In this document: positions 32,573-41,517 of the stretch, one piece after another
How the letters are laid out: each line of letters starts with the position of its first letter
Position numbering within the stretch: the first letter of the stretch is position 1
Assembly (NCBI GenBank): GCA_035388125.1
Contig: DAOOPF010000006.1
Location: 1-51,585 of the forward strand
From: a bacterium
GTDB lineage: Bacteria; Zhuqueibacterota; Zhuqueibacteria; Residuimicrobiales; Residuimicrobiaceae
DNA length: 51,585 nucleotides
Direction of reading: 5' to 3'
Program-made: the position numbers and the translations under genes
The notes under the pieces: generated by a model
Seen by the model: the letters and a program-made list of their open reading frames with translations, nothing else
The model's database searches: none
Told to the model about the DNA's origin: nothing

Positions 32573-33391
32573 TCATTCGCTTTTGACGATGCTGTATTCC
32601 CTGGTGACCTTGACGATGAAGCGTTTGGCATAATCCTCCGCCGATTCGCGATCAGGGAAGGAGCCGATCCACACTGCATGGAAGAGGCGGTTGCCGACTT
32701 TTTTCTCGACGATCGACCCTTCATAGCCGACTTTTTCCAGTCCGGAGAGAATAGTGCGGGCGTTCTCACGCTGACTGAAGGCACCGACCTGGATTGAATA
32801 GAAGGGCTTTGCAGCTGCCGGCCCCGGTGCGGCCTTTTGACGGGGGCTGACGGCAGGTTCATCCCAGACCGACGATTCGAGGTCGGCCACTGCCATATCG
32901 CAGTAGGGAGAGCGTGGGAACCTTTTGATCAACGAGTTCCAGGCCAGGCGCGCTGAATCAGGTTTGCCTTCAGCGAGGTAACACTGTCCGGTCAAATAGA
33001 GGCTGTCATCCAGCCATCTGGTTTGCGGAAAACGTTTTTGCAGCAGCTGGAAATACTTTCGCGCCGGCATAAAACGTTCGCGTGCATACTGGTATTGAGC
33101 CATCTTGAAGAGAGCGGTATCGGCAAAGCGGCTCAACTCTTCGCTTTCGAAGACCCGTTTATAGCTGGCGAAGGCCTCATCGGCGTCATCGAGGACCAAA
33201 GCCCGGAAAAAAGCGATAGAAGGATTCCGGGGATAGGCCTTTTCAGCCGCGGGCAGGAGCCTGGCCAGATCATCGAAGCGGTCCTCCTGCCAGGCGCGTT
33301 CCAGTTCTGCCAGGCTGTTCTGGCCGAAAAGAGGCGAAGCAGCAGCGCCGGTCAGAAGGAGGATCAGGATCAGAGTGATGGATCTTTTCAT
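32573..33391 (-). CDS. secreted TPR-like protein with C-terminal SPOR peptidoglycan-binding domain
   Basis: Trimmed to the ATG at 33391 (MKRSITLILILLLTGAAASPLFGQ; the alternative is 33406). A YbgF-like TPR region is followed by FYSIQVGAFSQRENA...AVWIGSFPDRESAEDY (SPOR). The longer ORF would overlap rpsA and its terminator. Confidence 0.65.
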   Translation of the reverse strand: MKRSITLILILLLTGAAASPLFGQNSLAELERAWQEDRFDDLARLLPAAEKAYPRNPSIAFFRALVLDDADEAFASYKRVFESEELSRFADTALFKMAQYQYARERFMPARKYFQLLQKRFPQTRWLDDSLYLTGQCYLAEGKPDSARLAWNSLIKRFPRSPYCDMAVADLESSVWDEPAVSPRQKAAPGPAAAKPFYSIQVGAFSQRENARTILSGLEKVGYEGSIVEKKVGNRLFHAVWIGSFPDRESAEDYAKRFIVKVTREYSIVKSE

Positions 33392-33437
33392 AGGCCTGAA
33401 TCTCATATAGTGCGGCAGCGGGCAATTCCGCTGCTGC

Positions 33438-33465
33438 AATGTATCATTATTCAGCCAGATTTCAA
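33438..33465 (-). promoter_or_regulatory. sigma-70-type promoter candidate for the TPR-SPOR/Hcy-methyltransferase/USP string
   Basis: The minus strand reads TTGAAA (33460-33465), a 16-nt spacer, then TACATT (33438-33443), just downstream of the rpsA terminator. Confidence 0.35.
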
Positions 33466-33494
33466 ACAGCTTTTTGCAGAGCGAGGTGGCTGCA

Positions 33495-33532
33495 AATAAA
33501 AAATGGAGTTGGATCCGGCAGGATCCAACTCC
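33495..33532 (-). terminator. rho-independent terminator of rpsA
   Basis: Perfect 12-bp stem ggagttggatcc / ggatccaactcc (33505-33516 / 33521-33532) with a 4-nt loop. On the minus strand it is followed by ATTTTTTATTT. Confidence 0.85.
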
Positions 33533-33563
33533 AGCAGAGACAGGCAGCGCCTGCAGGAAAAGC

Positions 33564-35627
33564 CTACTCTTCGCTTTTCTTCTTGCGAGCGCGCTTGGGT
33601 TTCTCTTCAGCCGACTCTTCCGCACCGCTTTCGGCGGCGGATTCATCAGCTGCCGGCTCTTCAGCGCCGGTTTCGGCTTCAGGCTCAGCAGCAGCCGACT
33701 TTTCGGCGGGCTGCTCATCCTCTTCAGCAGCGGTGGATTGCTCCTCCGCCGGCGGGACCGGTTCTGCTTCGGCCGCGGCCTTTTCGGCAGCAGCGGCAGC
33801 CTTGGCTTCCCGGTTTTCCATCTTGACCGCATTCTTTTCGGAGAGAACGATCTTTTTGTTCTCCTTGTTGAATTCGATCACGGCGAGGGTGAGGGCGTCA
33901 TCGATCTGATAGGCGTCGGCCGGCTTGCTGAGATTGTCCTTGGCGAGCTGGGACATGGGAACAAAGCCGTCGACGGAATCGGGCAGCTCAACGATCAGCC
34001 CCTTTTCGATCAGCCGCACCACCTTGCCCTCAACGAGGGCGCCCGGGTGATACTTGTCTTCGAAAAAGTCCCAGGGATTATCCTGAGTCTGCTTGTAGCC
34101 CAGCGAAATCCGGCGGTTGTCGCGGTCGACATTAAGGACAACCACATCGATATCGTCGCCCTTCTTGACAACTTCGCCAGGATGGCGGATCTTCTTGGTC
34201 CAGGAGAGGTCGGAAATATGGATCAGGCCGTCGATGCCGTCTTCCAGCTCGACAAAAGCGCCAAAGTTGGTGAGGTTGCGAACCTTGCCCTTATGACGCG
34301 AGCCGACCGGGTAGCGCTCCGACAGGGTCTGCCAGGGATCCGGTTCGAGCTGTTTGAGGCCCAGGGAGATCTTGCGCTCCTCTTTCTGGATATTGAGCAC
34401 CTTGGCATCCACCATTTCGCCCACGGAGAGGACCTTGGAGGGATGTTTGATATGCTGGGTCCAGGACATCTCGGAGATATGGATGAGACCTTCGACACCC
34501 TTTTCGAGTTCGACGAAAGCGCCATAATCGGAGATGCTGACAACCTTGCCGCGGATGGTCGAACCGACCGGGTACTTGTTCTCGACATCCTCCCACGGAT
34601 GGGGCTGGAGCTGCTTGAGGCCGAGGGATATGCGGTCTTTGTCCTCGTTGAAATCGAGGACGACCACCTTGATCTTCTCGTCCAGAGCAACCACTTCGGA
34701 GGGATGCGCCACGCGGCCCCAGGAGAGGTCGTTGATGTGGAGCAGGCCGTCGACGCCGCCGAGATCGATAAAAACACCGAAATCGGTGATATTCTTGACG
34801 GCTCCTTCGAGGATCTGGCCTTTCTGCAGATCTTCGAGGATCTTTTCGCGCTGGCCTTTCATCGCCTCTTCCACCAGGACGCGGTGAGAAACGACAATAT
34901 TCTTGCGCAGGTTGTTGATCTTGACGATTTTGAAATCCATGGTCTGACCGATCAGCGCATCGAAATCCCTGATCGGACGGACATCGATCTGAGAACCCGG
35001 CAGGAAGGCATCGACGCCGGAGAGATCGACGACAATACCGCCCTTGATGCGGCGGGTGCAGCGGCCCTGGATGATCTCACCTTTTTCATAGGAGGTGTTG
35101 ACCATCTCCCAGACGCGCATAAAGTCGGCTTTCTTTTTCGACAGAATAAGACTGCCCTCAGCATCTTCGATGTTGTCGATGAAGACCTGTATATTGTCAC
35201 CAACATTGATCTCCCTGGGATCGGCAAACTCCTCGAGGGGGATGGTCCCCTCCGACTTGAAGCCGATATCAACAGCCACTTCCTTTTCGTTGATGGCGAG
35301 TACCTTGCCGGTGACGACAACACCGGAGACAAAATCGGTGAGGGTCTCTTCGTAGAGCTTTTCAAGGCTCTCGCGTTCCTGCGGTGAGTACTCATTTTCG
35401 AGCAGGTCGAGGGATGCCAGTGTGGGCTCCTGCGAAGCCGTCGCCAGGACAGGCGCGGCTGCCGGGGCTTGCGCCGGTTCTTCAACGGCAACTGGAGCCT
35501 GGACCGGTTCTTCTGCAGCTGCGAACTCTAGTTCAGAGGCGGCCGTCTCCGGGATGACCTCTTCCTGCTTTGGAATCTCTTGTCCATCCTCAGCGGCGGA
35601 CAGGTTGGTGTTGGTTAGTTCGTCCAT
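33564..35627 (-). CDS. rpsA: 30S ribosomal protein S1 with extended N- and C-terminal low-complexity tails
   Basis: Six S1-domain repeats with motifs such as GKVLAINEKEVAVDIG, G.V.NITDFGVFIDLGGVDGLLHINDLSW and GKVVSISDYGAFVELEKGVEGLIHISEMSW. The SD AAGGAGAAAG precedes the ATG. Confidence 0.9.
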   Translation of the reverse strand: MDELTNTNLSAAEDGQEIPKQEEVIPETAASELEFAAAEEPVQAPVAVEEPAQAPAAAPVLATASQEPTLASLDLLENEYSPQERESLEKLYEETLTDFVSGVVVTGKVLAINEKEVAVDIGFKSEGTIPLEEFADPREINVGDNIQVFIDNIEDAEGSLILSKKKADFMRVWEMVNTSYEKGEIIQGRCTRRIKGGIVVDLSGVDAFLPGSQIDVRPIRDFDALIGQTMDFKIVKINNLRKNIVVSHRVLVEEAMKGQREKILEDLQKGQILEGAVKNITDFGVFIDLGGVDGLLHINDLSWGRVAHPSEVVALDEKIKVVVLDFNEDKDRISLGLKQLQPHPWEDVENKYPVGSTIRGKVVSISDYGAFVELEKGVEGLIHISEMSWTQHIKHPSKVLSVGEMVDAKVLNIQKEERKISLGLKQLEPDPWQTLSERYPVGSRHKGKVRNLTNFGAFVELEDGIDGLIHISDLSWTKKIRHPGEVVKKGDDIDVVVLNVDRDNRRISLGYKQTQDNPWDFFEDKYHPGALVEGKVVRLIEKGLIVELPDSVDGFVPMSQLAKDNLSKPADAYQIDDALTLAVIEFNKENKKIVLSEKNAVKMENREAKAAAAAEKAAAEAEPVPPAEEQSTAAEEDEQPAEKSAAAEPEAETGAEEPAADESAAESGAEESAEEKPKRARKKKSEE

Positions 35628-35688
35628 TTTTTTACTTTCTCCTTTTGTATGAATACTTGCCCAACTGGGTCAAGTTTTTTTATTTGCT

Positions 35689-36555
35689 CTATACCTTGTT
35701 CTCTGCAGCGGATAAAAGATCGCGGATCTCCTCAAACTGCCAGTACGGAGTCGAGGCCCCGCCGGTGATACCGATCAGATCTTGCGGATGGATCCAGGCC
35801 CTATCCAGCTCGGCGGGGGATTCAATCCGGTAGCTTCTGGGATTCTTTTGCCGGCAGATTTCAAAGAGCACCCTGGAATTGGAGCTCTCGCGTCCGCCGA
35901 CAAAAATGAGCAGATCCACACTGCCGGCGAAGCCGGCGATCTGATCGTAGCGCCGGCTGATGAAGGGGCAGGTGGTATCGGCAAAGGTCACCTGGCGCAC
36001 GTGCCCGGCGATGAGGCCGCACATGCGCTCAAACTGCTCGCCGCCGATGGTGGTCTGGGCGATGACGAAGGTCGCACGCTCAGGATCGATCTCCGCCAGA
36101 TCGGTTTCGTCGGCGGCGACGATGCCCTGATTTTCGCAATGGCCGAGGATGCCGATCACCTCGGCGTGGCCCTTTTTACCGATGATGACGATCTGTTCGC
36201 CCAGGCGGTAGTGCTCGGCCGCCATTTTTTGCACTCTTTTCACGGTCGAGCAGGTGCCGTCGATGACCGTAAAGCCGGCGTCATGCAGGTTCGTCTGCAG
36301 GGCGGTTCCGACTCCGTGGGTGCGTATAAAAATTTCCCGCCCCTGCAGACCGGCAAGCTTGTCGGGCTGATCAGCCACTTCCTGGCTGACGGTTTCGAGG
36401 CCCAGCAGGGCCAGGCGGTCGATTTCGCGCTGGTTGTGGATGAGTGGACCAAGCGCAGTCAGGGCTTCGCCGCGCTGGAGGCGCGTCTCAACCTGGCTGA
36501 TGGCGCGCCGGACACCGGGGCAGAAGCCGGCCCGGGGATCGATGATGATCTCCAT
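35689..36555 (-). CDS. ispH: 4-hydroxy-3-methylbut-2-enyl diphosphate reductase
   Basis: AGFCPGVRRAI, IHNQREI, DGTCSTVKRVQ and ADTTCPFISRR motifs, giving three conserved Cys contexts. Confidence 0.85.
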   Translation of the reverse strand: MEIIIDPRAGFCPGVRRAISQVETRLQRGEALTALGPLIHNQREIDRLALLGLETVSQEVADQPDKLAGLQGREIFIRTHGVGTALQTNLHDAGFTVIDGTCSTVKRVQKMAAEHYRLGEQIVIIGKKGHAEVIGILGHCENQGIVAADETDLAEIDPERATFVIAQTTIGGEQFERMCGLIAGHVRQVTFADTTCPFISRRYDQIAGFAGSVDLLIFVGGRESSNSRVLFEICRQKNPRSYRIESPAELDRAWIHPQDLIGITGGASTPYWQFEEIRDLLSAAENKV

Positions 36556-36557
36556 CC

Positions 36558-37241
36558 TCAGGCACCCCTCTGGCGGGCCGCGTGTACAATATACTCGACC
36601 TGTTCATCGATGGCCATGCAGGTGGTGTCCAGTTCGAGAGCGTCCTCCGGCTTGCACAAGGGGCTGATCCTGCGGCCGCTGTCATCCTGATCCCGCTTGG
36701 CGATCGTGCGGATGAGCTCATCCAGGTCGACTGCGATCCCCTTTTCCGCCAGCTCCAAACGACGACGGCGCGCCCTCTCCTCGATTGAAGCGATGAGGAA
36801 AACTTTCACTTCCGCATCGGGAAATACCACACTGCCCATATCCCGCCCTTCGGCGACTATGCCGCCCTGCCCGCCCAGACGGCGCTGCTGGCTCAGGAGG
36901 GCCTCACGCACGCCGGGATTGGCCGCCACAGGCCCGATCGCGCTGGCGACCTCGGGGAGACGGATGGCCTCGCTGACATCCTCACCCTGCAGGATGACCC
37001 TGAGCCCCGCGCTGGCGGGGACGAGGGCGATTTCACACTCTCTGGCGATCGCGGCCAATTGTTCGGGACTGTCAAAGTCTGCCCGCCGGCGCAGGGCCGC
37101 CAAAGTTACGGCGCGGTAGAGCGCACCCGAATCAAGATAAAGATAGCCGAGCTGTTCAGCCACACGGCGTGCGGTCGTGCTTTTCCCGGAGCCAGCGGGA
37201 CCGTCGATGGTGATGACGAGTCTTTTATTCTTTTCGTCCAT
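36558..37241 (-). CDS. cmk: cytidylate kinase
   Basis: ITIDGPAGSGKSTTARRVAEQLGYLYLDSGALYRA. Confidence 0.9.
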   Translation of the reverse strand: MDEKNKRLVITIDGPAGSGKSTTARRVAEQLGYLYLDSGALYRAVTLAALRRRADFDSPEQLAAIARECEIALVPASAGLRVILQGEDVSEAIRLPEVASAIGPVAANPGVREALLSQQRRLGGQGGIVAEGRDMGSVVFPDAEVKVFLIASIEERARRRRLELAEKGIAVDLDELIRTIAKRDQDDSGRRISPLCKPEDALELDTTCMAIDEQVEYIVHAARQRGA

Positions 37242-37244
37242 CGT

Positions 37245-37970
37245 TCACTCTGCGTCCTGTGCCAGACCCACCGCCGCGCGCAGGGAGCGGACCTCCTCGT
37301 CCTCGAGGTAGCGCCATTCGCCGCGCGGCAGTCCCGAGAGCTTGATCGGTCCGAAGCGGACGCGGCCGAGATTCTTGACCCGGTAGCCTAGCGCAGCGAA
37401 CATGCGGCGGACCTGCTGCTGCCGGCCTTCGCGCAGTTCGATTTCGACCTCGTGCCTGGAGTCGCCGTAAAAGCGGGCGCTGCAGGGCTGGGTGATGCCG
37501 TCCTCGAGGGTGACGCCGGTTGTGAGCGGCTCAAAGTGCTGCGGATCGAACGGGCTCTCCAGCACGGCGTGATAGAGCTTGGGCACCTTGAAGCGGGGAT
37601 GGGTGAGCCGGTGGGCCAGCTCGCCGTCATTGGTGAGCAGCAAAAGTCCGGTAGTATTATAGTCGAGGCGGCCGACCGGAAAAATGCGCTGCGGCAGGGG
37701 CACCAGTTCGAGAACGGTGCGCCGTCCCTTTTCGTCGCTTGCGGTGGTGATATAGCCTTTGGGTTTATTTAAAAGAACATAGACCGAATCCGCGGCGGGC
37801 GCCAGGTGATTGCCATCCAGGGTGACCCGGTCGAGCGCTTCGTCGATACGGGTCGCGAGGCTGTCGATAATCTCGCCATTGACGGCGATGCGCCGCTCGC
37901 GAATTAGATTTTCGACGGCACGGCGCGAGCCGAGGCCACAGGCGGCCAGATAACGGTTAATGCGCATCAT
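37245..37970 (-). CDS. rluB: RsuA/RluB-family pseudouridine synthase with S4 domain
   Basis: MMRINRYLAACGLGSRRAVENLI (S4 domain) and the catalytic motif GRLDYNTTGLLLLTNDG. The start at 37970/37967 is preferred over 38009. Confidence 0.8.
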   Translation of the reverse strand: MMRINRYLAACGLGSRRAVENLIRERRIAVNGEIIDSLATRIDEALDRVTLDGNHLAPAADSVYVLLNKPKGYITTASDEKGRRTVLELVPLPQRIFPVGRLDYNTTGLLLLTNDGELAHRLTHPRFKVPKLYHAVLESPFDPQHFEPLTTGVTLEDGITQPCSARFYGDSRHEVEIELREGRQQQVRRMFAALGYRVKNLGRVRFGPIKLSGLPRGEWRYLEDEEVRSLRAAVGLAQDAE

Positions 37971-38745
37971 CGGCCGGAGAGGTTTCCGTGACGGCAGCAG
38001 CGGCGTCAAGCGGAAGCTGCGCCGAATCGGGCGAGGCTTCGACCGGCGGAATGTCTGGTCCGGCCGTCACCGGAGAAACGGGTGCTTCGGAGGCCACTTC
38101 TACGCCTCCATTCGAGCCGTTCGAGTCGCCGCCTTCAGCTCCGGTTTCTGCCTCATCCCCGGCCTCACTGGCGAGGATCTCCTCCTCGGGGATTTCGCGG
38201 ATGGCCTTTTGGCCTTCGCCCATAGCGAGCAGCTCTTCGATCTCCTTGGGTTTGGGCAGATCGGAGATATCGTCGATGCCGAAATAGATCAAAAATTCCT
38301 TGGTCGTGCTGAAAAGCAAGGCGCGGCCCTGGCCCTCGTCGCGTCCGGTGATGGAGATCAGTTTGCGTTCGAGCAGGGTCTGCATCACTCCGTCCGAGTT
38401 CACACCGCGGATGGCAGCCACTTCCACCCTGCTGATCGGCTGTTTAAAGGCGATGATGGAGAGGGTCTCGAGTGCGGCACGGGTGAGGCGGTTGCGCTCC
38501 CGCCCGGCGAACATCTGTTTGATCCAGCGGAAATATTCGGGCCGGGTGGCGAACTGGTATCCGCCGCCCGCCTTTTTGAGAAAAAAGGCGCGTTCCTTGA
38601 GATCCTCGGCCAGTTCTGCGAGGGCGCTTTCGATCTCCGTCTTCTCCACCCCCTCAAGGATAACCCTGATCTGGTTCATGGAAAGGGGTGTGTCCGAGGC
38701 GAAGATAAGGGCCTCAAGAATCGACTTGAGTTTGTTCCGCTCCAT
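37957..38745 (-). CDS. scpB: segregation and condensation protein B
   Basis: LKSILEALIFASDTPLSMNQI and LETLSIIAFKQPISRVEVAAIRGV motifs, with an acidic, low-complexity C-terminal tail. Confidence 0.85.
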   Translation of the reverse strand: MERNKLKSILEALIFASDTPLSMNQIRVILEGVEKTEIESALAELAEDLKERAFFLKKAGGGYQFATRPEYFRWIKQMFAGRERNRLTRAALETLSIIAFKQPISRVEVAAIRGVNSDGVMQTLLERKLISITGRDEGQGRALLFSTTKEFLIYFGIDDISDLPKPKEIEELLAMGEGQKAIREIPEEEILASEAGDEAETGAEGGDSNGSNGGVEVASEAPVSPVTAGPDIPPVEASPDSAQLPLDAAAAVTETSPADDAH

Positions 38746-39460
38746 TTATCCTTCTGATCATAATTTCTGCAAAAGGCTCATCCTGCACCGCGCGAATCTC
38801 GCTCCGCTTGATCAGCTCGAGGATGGCGATGAAGGTCACCACCCAGATGATCTTTTCACTGTCCGGAGAAAAGAGTTCGCGAAAAGTCAATTCACTTTTT
38901 TTATCGAGGGCGTCGAGAACATTGGCCATGCACTCCTCGAGCGTGGTGGTAATTTCGACCACGCGGTGGACCGTCACCTTTTTGGACTGGTCCATAATCA
39001 GCTTGAAGGCGGCGACCAGATCAAAGAGGCCCACTTCAGCGCCGGGCTGAAAATCCTCGCCGATGGTCTCTTCCTCGACCTTGAAGTTGCCGCGGCCGTA
39101 CTCTTTGAGGGTGGTTTCCTCTTTGCTGCCGAGATCCTCGGCGACATCCTTGAAGCGCTTGTACTCGAGCAGGCGCTGAACCAGTTCCTGGCGCGGATCG
39201 GTGATATCCTGCTGCTCCTCGCCGAGATCGGGTTTGGGCAGGAGCATCTGGGCCTTGATGCGCATCAGGGTGGCGGCCATGAGGATGAAATCGCTCGCCG
39301 CCTCCAGGTCAAGAAGCTGGATGATCTCAAGATACTGCAGGTACTGCTGGGTGACCTTGGCGATCGGGATATCATAAATGTCGACCTCCTCCTTTTTGAT
39401 CAGGAAGAGGAGCAGATCCAGCGGCCCTTCAAAACTTTCCAGTTTGACCTTGTAACTCAT
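38714..39460 (-). CDS. scpA: segregation and condensation protein A
   Basis: LESFEGPLDLLLFLIKKEEVDIYDIPIAKVTQQYL. Confidence 0.85.
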   Translation of the reverse strand: MSYKVKLESFEGPLDLLLFLIKKEEVDIYDIPIAKVTQQYLQYLEIIQLLDLEAASDFILMAATLMRIKAQMLLPKPDLGEEQQDITDPRQELVQRLLEYKRFKDVAEDLGSKEETTLKEYGRGNFKVEEETIGEDFQPGAEVGLFDLVAAFKLIMDQSKKVTVHRVVEITTTLEECMANVLDALDKKSELTFRELFSPDSEKIIWVVTFIAILELIKRSEIRAVQDEPFAEIMIRRINGAEQTQVDS

Positions 39461-39604
39461 AAGCAGCCAGGAGACCTCACCGTGTGAAGCGTTTTCAAGT
39501 GGAAGGCCTGCCGGAAGCGCCGGTTCCGCTTGACATGACGAAGGCCGTCGGAATCACGGCCTTGGCAGCAGAAGAAGAGATGCGCTGTATCTGGATAGCC
39601 ACGG

Positions 39605-40108
39605 TCAATTTAAAAAGATATAGGGTTTCCAGCAATCTTCGCTGACGCCCATATGATGCTGAATAAAAAAGAGATGGCTTGGCCGCCGGGGGTCTTTCGC
39701 CAGCCGCAGGTTGGCCTGTTCGGGAGAGCGGTCCCCCTTGCGGTTGTTGCAGCGCACACAGGCGCAGACCAGATTATCCCAGCTGTCGGAGCCGCCCCGC
39801 ACCTTCGGGATGATGTGATCGACGGTGAAAGGCCCTTTGGTGGTGCCACAGTACTGGCAGCGGAAGTTGTCCCGTTTGAGGATGTTGCGGCGCGACAGTT
39901 CAACATGCTGATGAGGGAACCGGATATAGCGCAGCAGGCGCACGATGCTCGGCAGGGGGAAAGCCATGTGTTGCGAATGGACCCAGCGGTCGTGCTTCTC
40001 GACGATCTCCACCTTCTCGAGGAAGGCGAGGATGATCGCTTTCTGGGCGCTGACGACGGTCAACGGCTCATAATTTTGATTGAGCAGCAGTACTTTGACG
40101 TTTTGCAT
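39605..40108 (-). CDS. stand-alone HNH endonuclease (McrA-like COG1403 type)
   Basis: Trimmed to the ATG at 40108 (MQNVKVLLLNQNYEPL). The HNH core is CQYCGTTKGPFTVDHIIPKVRGGSDSWDNLVCACVRCNNRKGDR. Confidence 0.8.
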   Translation of the reverse strand: MQNVKVLLLNQNYEPLTVVSAQKAIILAFLEKVEIVEKHDRWVHSQHMAFPLPSIVRLLRYIRFPHQHVELSRRNILKRDNFRCQYCGTTKGPFTVDHIIPKVRGGSDSWDNLVCACVRCNNRKGDRSPEQANLRLAKDPRRPSHLFFIQHHMGVSEDCWKPYIFLN

Positions 40109-40224
40109 TTTCGATCCTTGGACAAGGATCTCCTCGTCGCCTGCTGATCCAGCGCAATGGCCGCCGGCAGCGTGCCGCCGCGCGTTGTGGCCGGCAGGCG
40201 AACACACTATGAAAAATATTAAAA

Positions 40225-40253
40225 AATATAAGATTAAATATTGATATAGTCAA
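40225..40253 (-). promoter_or_regulatory. sigma-70-type promoter for the HNH gene
   Basis: The minus strand reads TTGACT (40248-40253), a 17-nt spacer, then TATATT (40225-40230), in an AT-rich patch. Confidence 0.5.
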
Positions 40254-40293
40254 GTTTTTTCTGCATTTTTGCAGCGTCAGCAGGCGCAGTGCG

Positions 40294-40548
40294 TCACAGG
40301 TCGATTTTTTCGGCCTCATCGATGAGCATGACCGGAATATTATCCTCAACGCGATAGCGCAGGCCCACTACTTTTTCCGGCTTGAGGCCGCACTCCGGCT
40401 CGGTGCAGAGTCCGTTTTCATCAACCGGCATTCCGCATTCCGGGCAGTGGCGGCCCCTGCAGGTCAGAGTATCCGCGGCCTCATCGTACTCCAGTTCGCC
40501 GTGGCAGGCGGGGCAAATCAGAATCTCGAGCAGCTCCTTGCTCACCAT
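40294..40548 (-). CDS. Trm112/UPF0434-family zinc-ribbon protein with an internal insertion
   Basis: LLEILICPACHGELEY...RYRVEDNIPVMLIDEAEKI frames an insert of about 30 aa carrying CPEC and C..PEC. Confidence 0.65.
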   Translation of the reverse strand: MVSKELLEILICPACHGELEYDEAADTLTCRGRHCPECGMPVDENGLCTEPECGLKPEKVVGLRYRVEDNIPVMLIDEAEKIDL

Positions 40549-40560
40549 AATTACCTCCTT

Positions 40561-41517
40561 TTATTCGTTCCAGACGCCCATGCGGGCGAATTTTTCGATG
40601 CGGCGCCGCACCAGTTCCTCGCGCGGGAGTGCGGCAAGTTCTTCCAGTTCACCGAGCAGGGCCTCCTTGAGGATGCCGGCGGTCCCGGCGTGATCGTTAT
40701 GCGCCCCGCCCTCGGGTTCCCTGAGGATGCGGTCGATGATGCCCAGTTTGAGGAGGTCTTCCGGTGCCACCTTCATCGATTCTGCAGCGATGTGGGCGTT
40801 GGCGCTGTCGCGGTAAAGAATGGCAGCGCATCCTTCCGGCGAGATGACCGAATACCAGCTGTTCTCGAGCATGAGAATCCGGTCCCCCACTCCGATACCC
40901 AGGGCTCCGCCGCTGGCTCCGTCCCCGATGATGACCACCACGATCGGGACTGGCAGGCGGGCCATCTCGAAGAGATTGCGCGCGATCGCTTCCGCCTGGC
41001 CGCGTTCTTCGGCACCCAGCCCAGGGTAGGCGCCGGGAGTATCGATCAGGCAGACCACCGGCCGTGAAAAACGAGCGGCCATTTTCATCAGACGGAGGGC
41101 TTTGCGGTAGCCTTCCGGATTGGGCATGCCGAAATTGCGGCGGATCTTCTCCCGGGTCTCCCTCGCCTTCTGGTGGCCGATGAGGGTGATGCGGATGGTT
41201 CCCAGGGTGCCAATGCCCGCGACGATGGCGGGATCGTCGGCAAAGAGGCGGTCGCCGTGAAGCTCGATAAAATCGGTCATCATAAGCCGGATATAGTCGA
41301 GGGTATAGGGCCGGTTGGGATGGCGGGCGAGCTGCACGCGCTGCCAGCGCGTCAGGCTGCTGTAGACCTCCTGGCGGAGCTGGCGCGCTTTTGCCTCCAG
41401 CCGTTCGATCTCACGGCTGAAGGCGAGATCCTTGCTGCTGGAGTATTCACGCAGCTCGGCGATGCGCCGTTCGATCTCGACAATAGGTTTTTCGAATTCA
41501 GGGACAAAATTGTTCAT
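40561..41517 (-). CDS. accA: acetyl-CoA carboxylase carboxyltransferase subunit alpha
   Basis: [54 protein letters not shown] and [10 protein letters not shown] motifs. Confidence 0.9.
   Translation of the reverse strand: MNNFVPEFEKPIVEIERRIAELREYSSSKDLAFSREIERLEAKARQLRQEVYSSLTRWQRVQLARHPNRPYTLDYIRLMMTDFIELHGDRLFADDPAIVAGIGTLGTIRITLIGHQKARETREKIRRNFGMPNPEGYRKALRLMKMAARFSRPVVCLIDTPGAYPGLGAEERGQAEAIARNLFEMARLPVPIVVVIIGDGASGGALGIGVGDRILMLENSWYSVISPEGCAAILYRDSANAHIAAESMKVAPEDLLKLGIIDRILREPEGGAHNDHAGTAGILKEALLGELEELAALPREELVRRRIEKFARMGVWNE

Noticed and set aside
33474-35387. 637-aa plus-strand ORF
   Set aside because: It is antisense to rpsA, whose six S1 repeats are unmistakable. It starts at a TTG inside the rpsA terminator region. 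Its composition is low-complexity, mirroring the S1 repeats.
35644-35673. TTGACC with a possible -10 upstream of rpsA
   Set aside because: The -35 is good, but no hexamer at 16-18 nt spacing matches TATAAT better than 3 of 6. The leader would be only about 15 nt. rpsA may instead be co-transcribed with ispH.
39541-39563. 8-bp hairpin aaggccgt/acggcctt downstream of the HNH gene, considered as a terminator
   Set aside because: No T-tract follows on either strand. At best it is an RNA-stabilising stem or a Rho-dependent context.
39605-40108. HNH endonuclease considered as part of a restriction or defence island, or as a homing element
   Set aside because: No methyltransferase, helicase, toxin-antitoxin partner, intron/intein context, repeats or integrase lie nearby. 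The flanking genes are core housekeeping.
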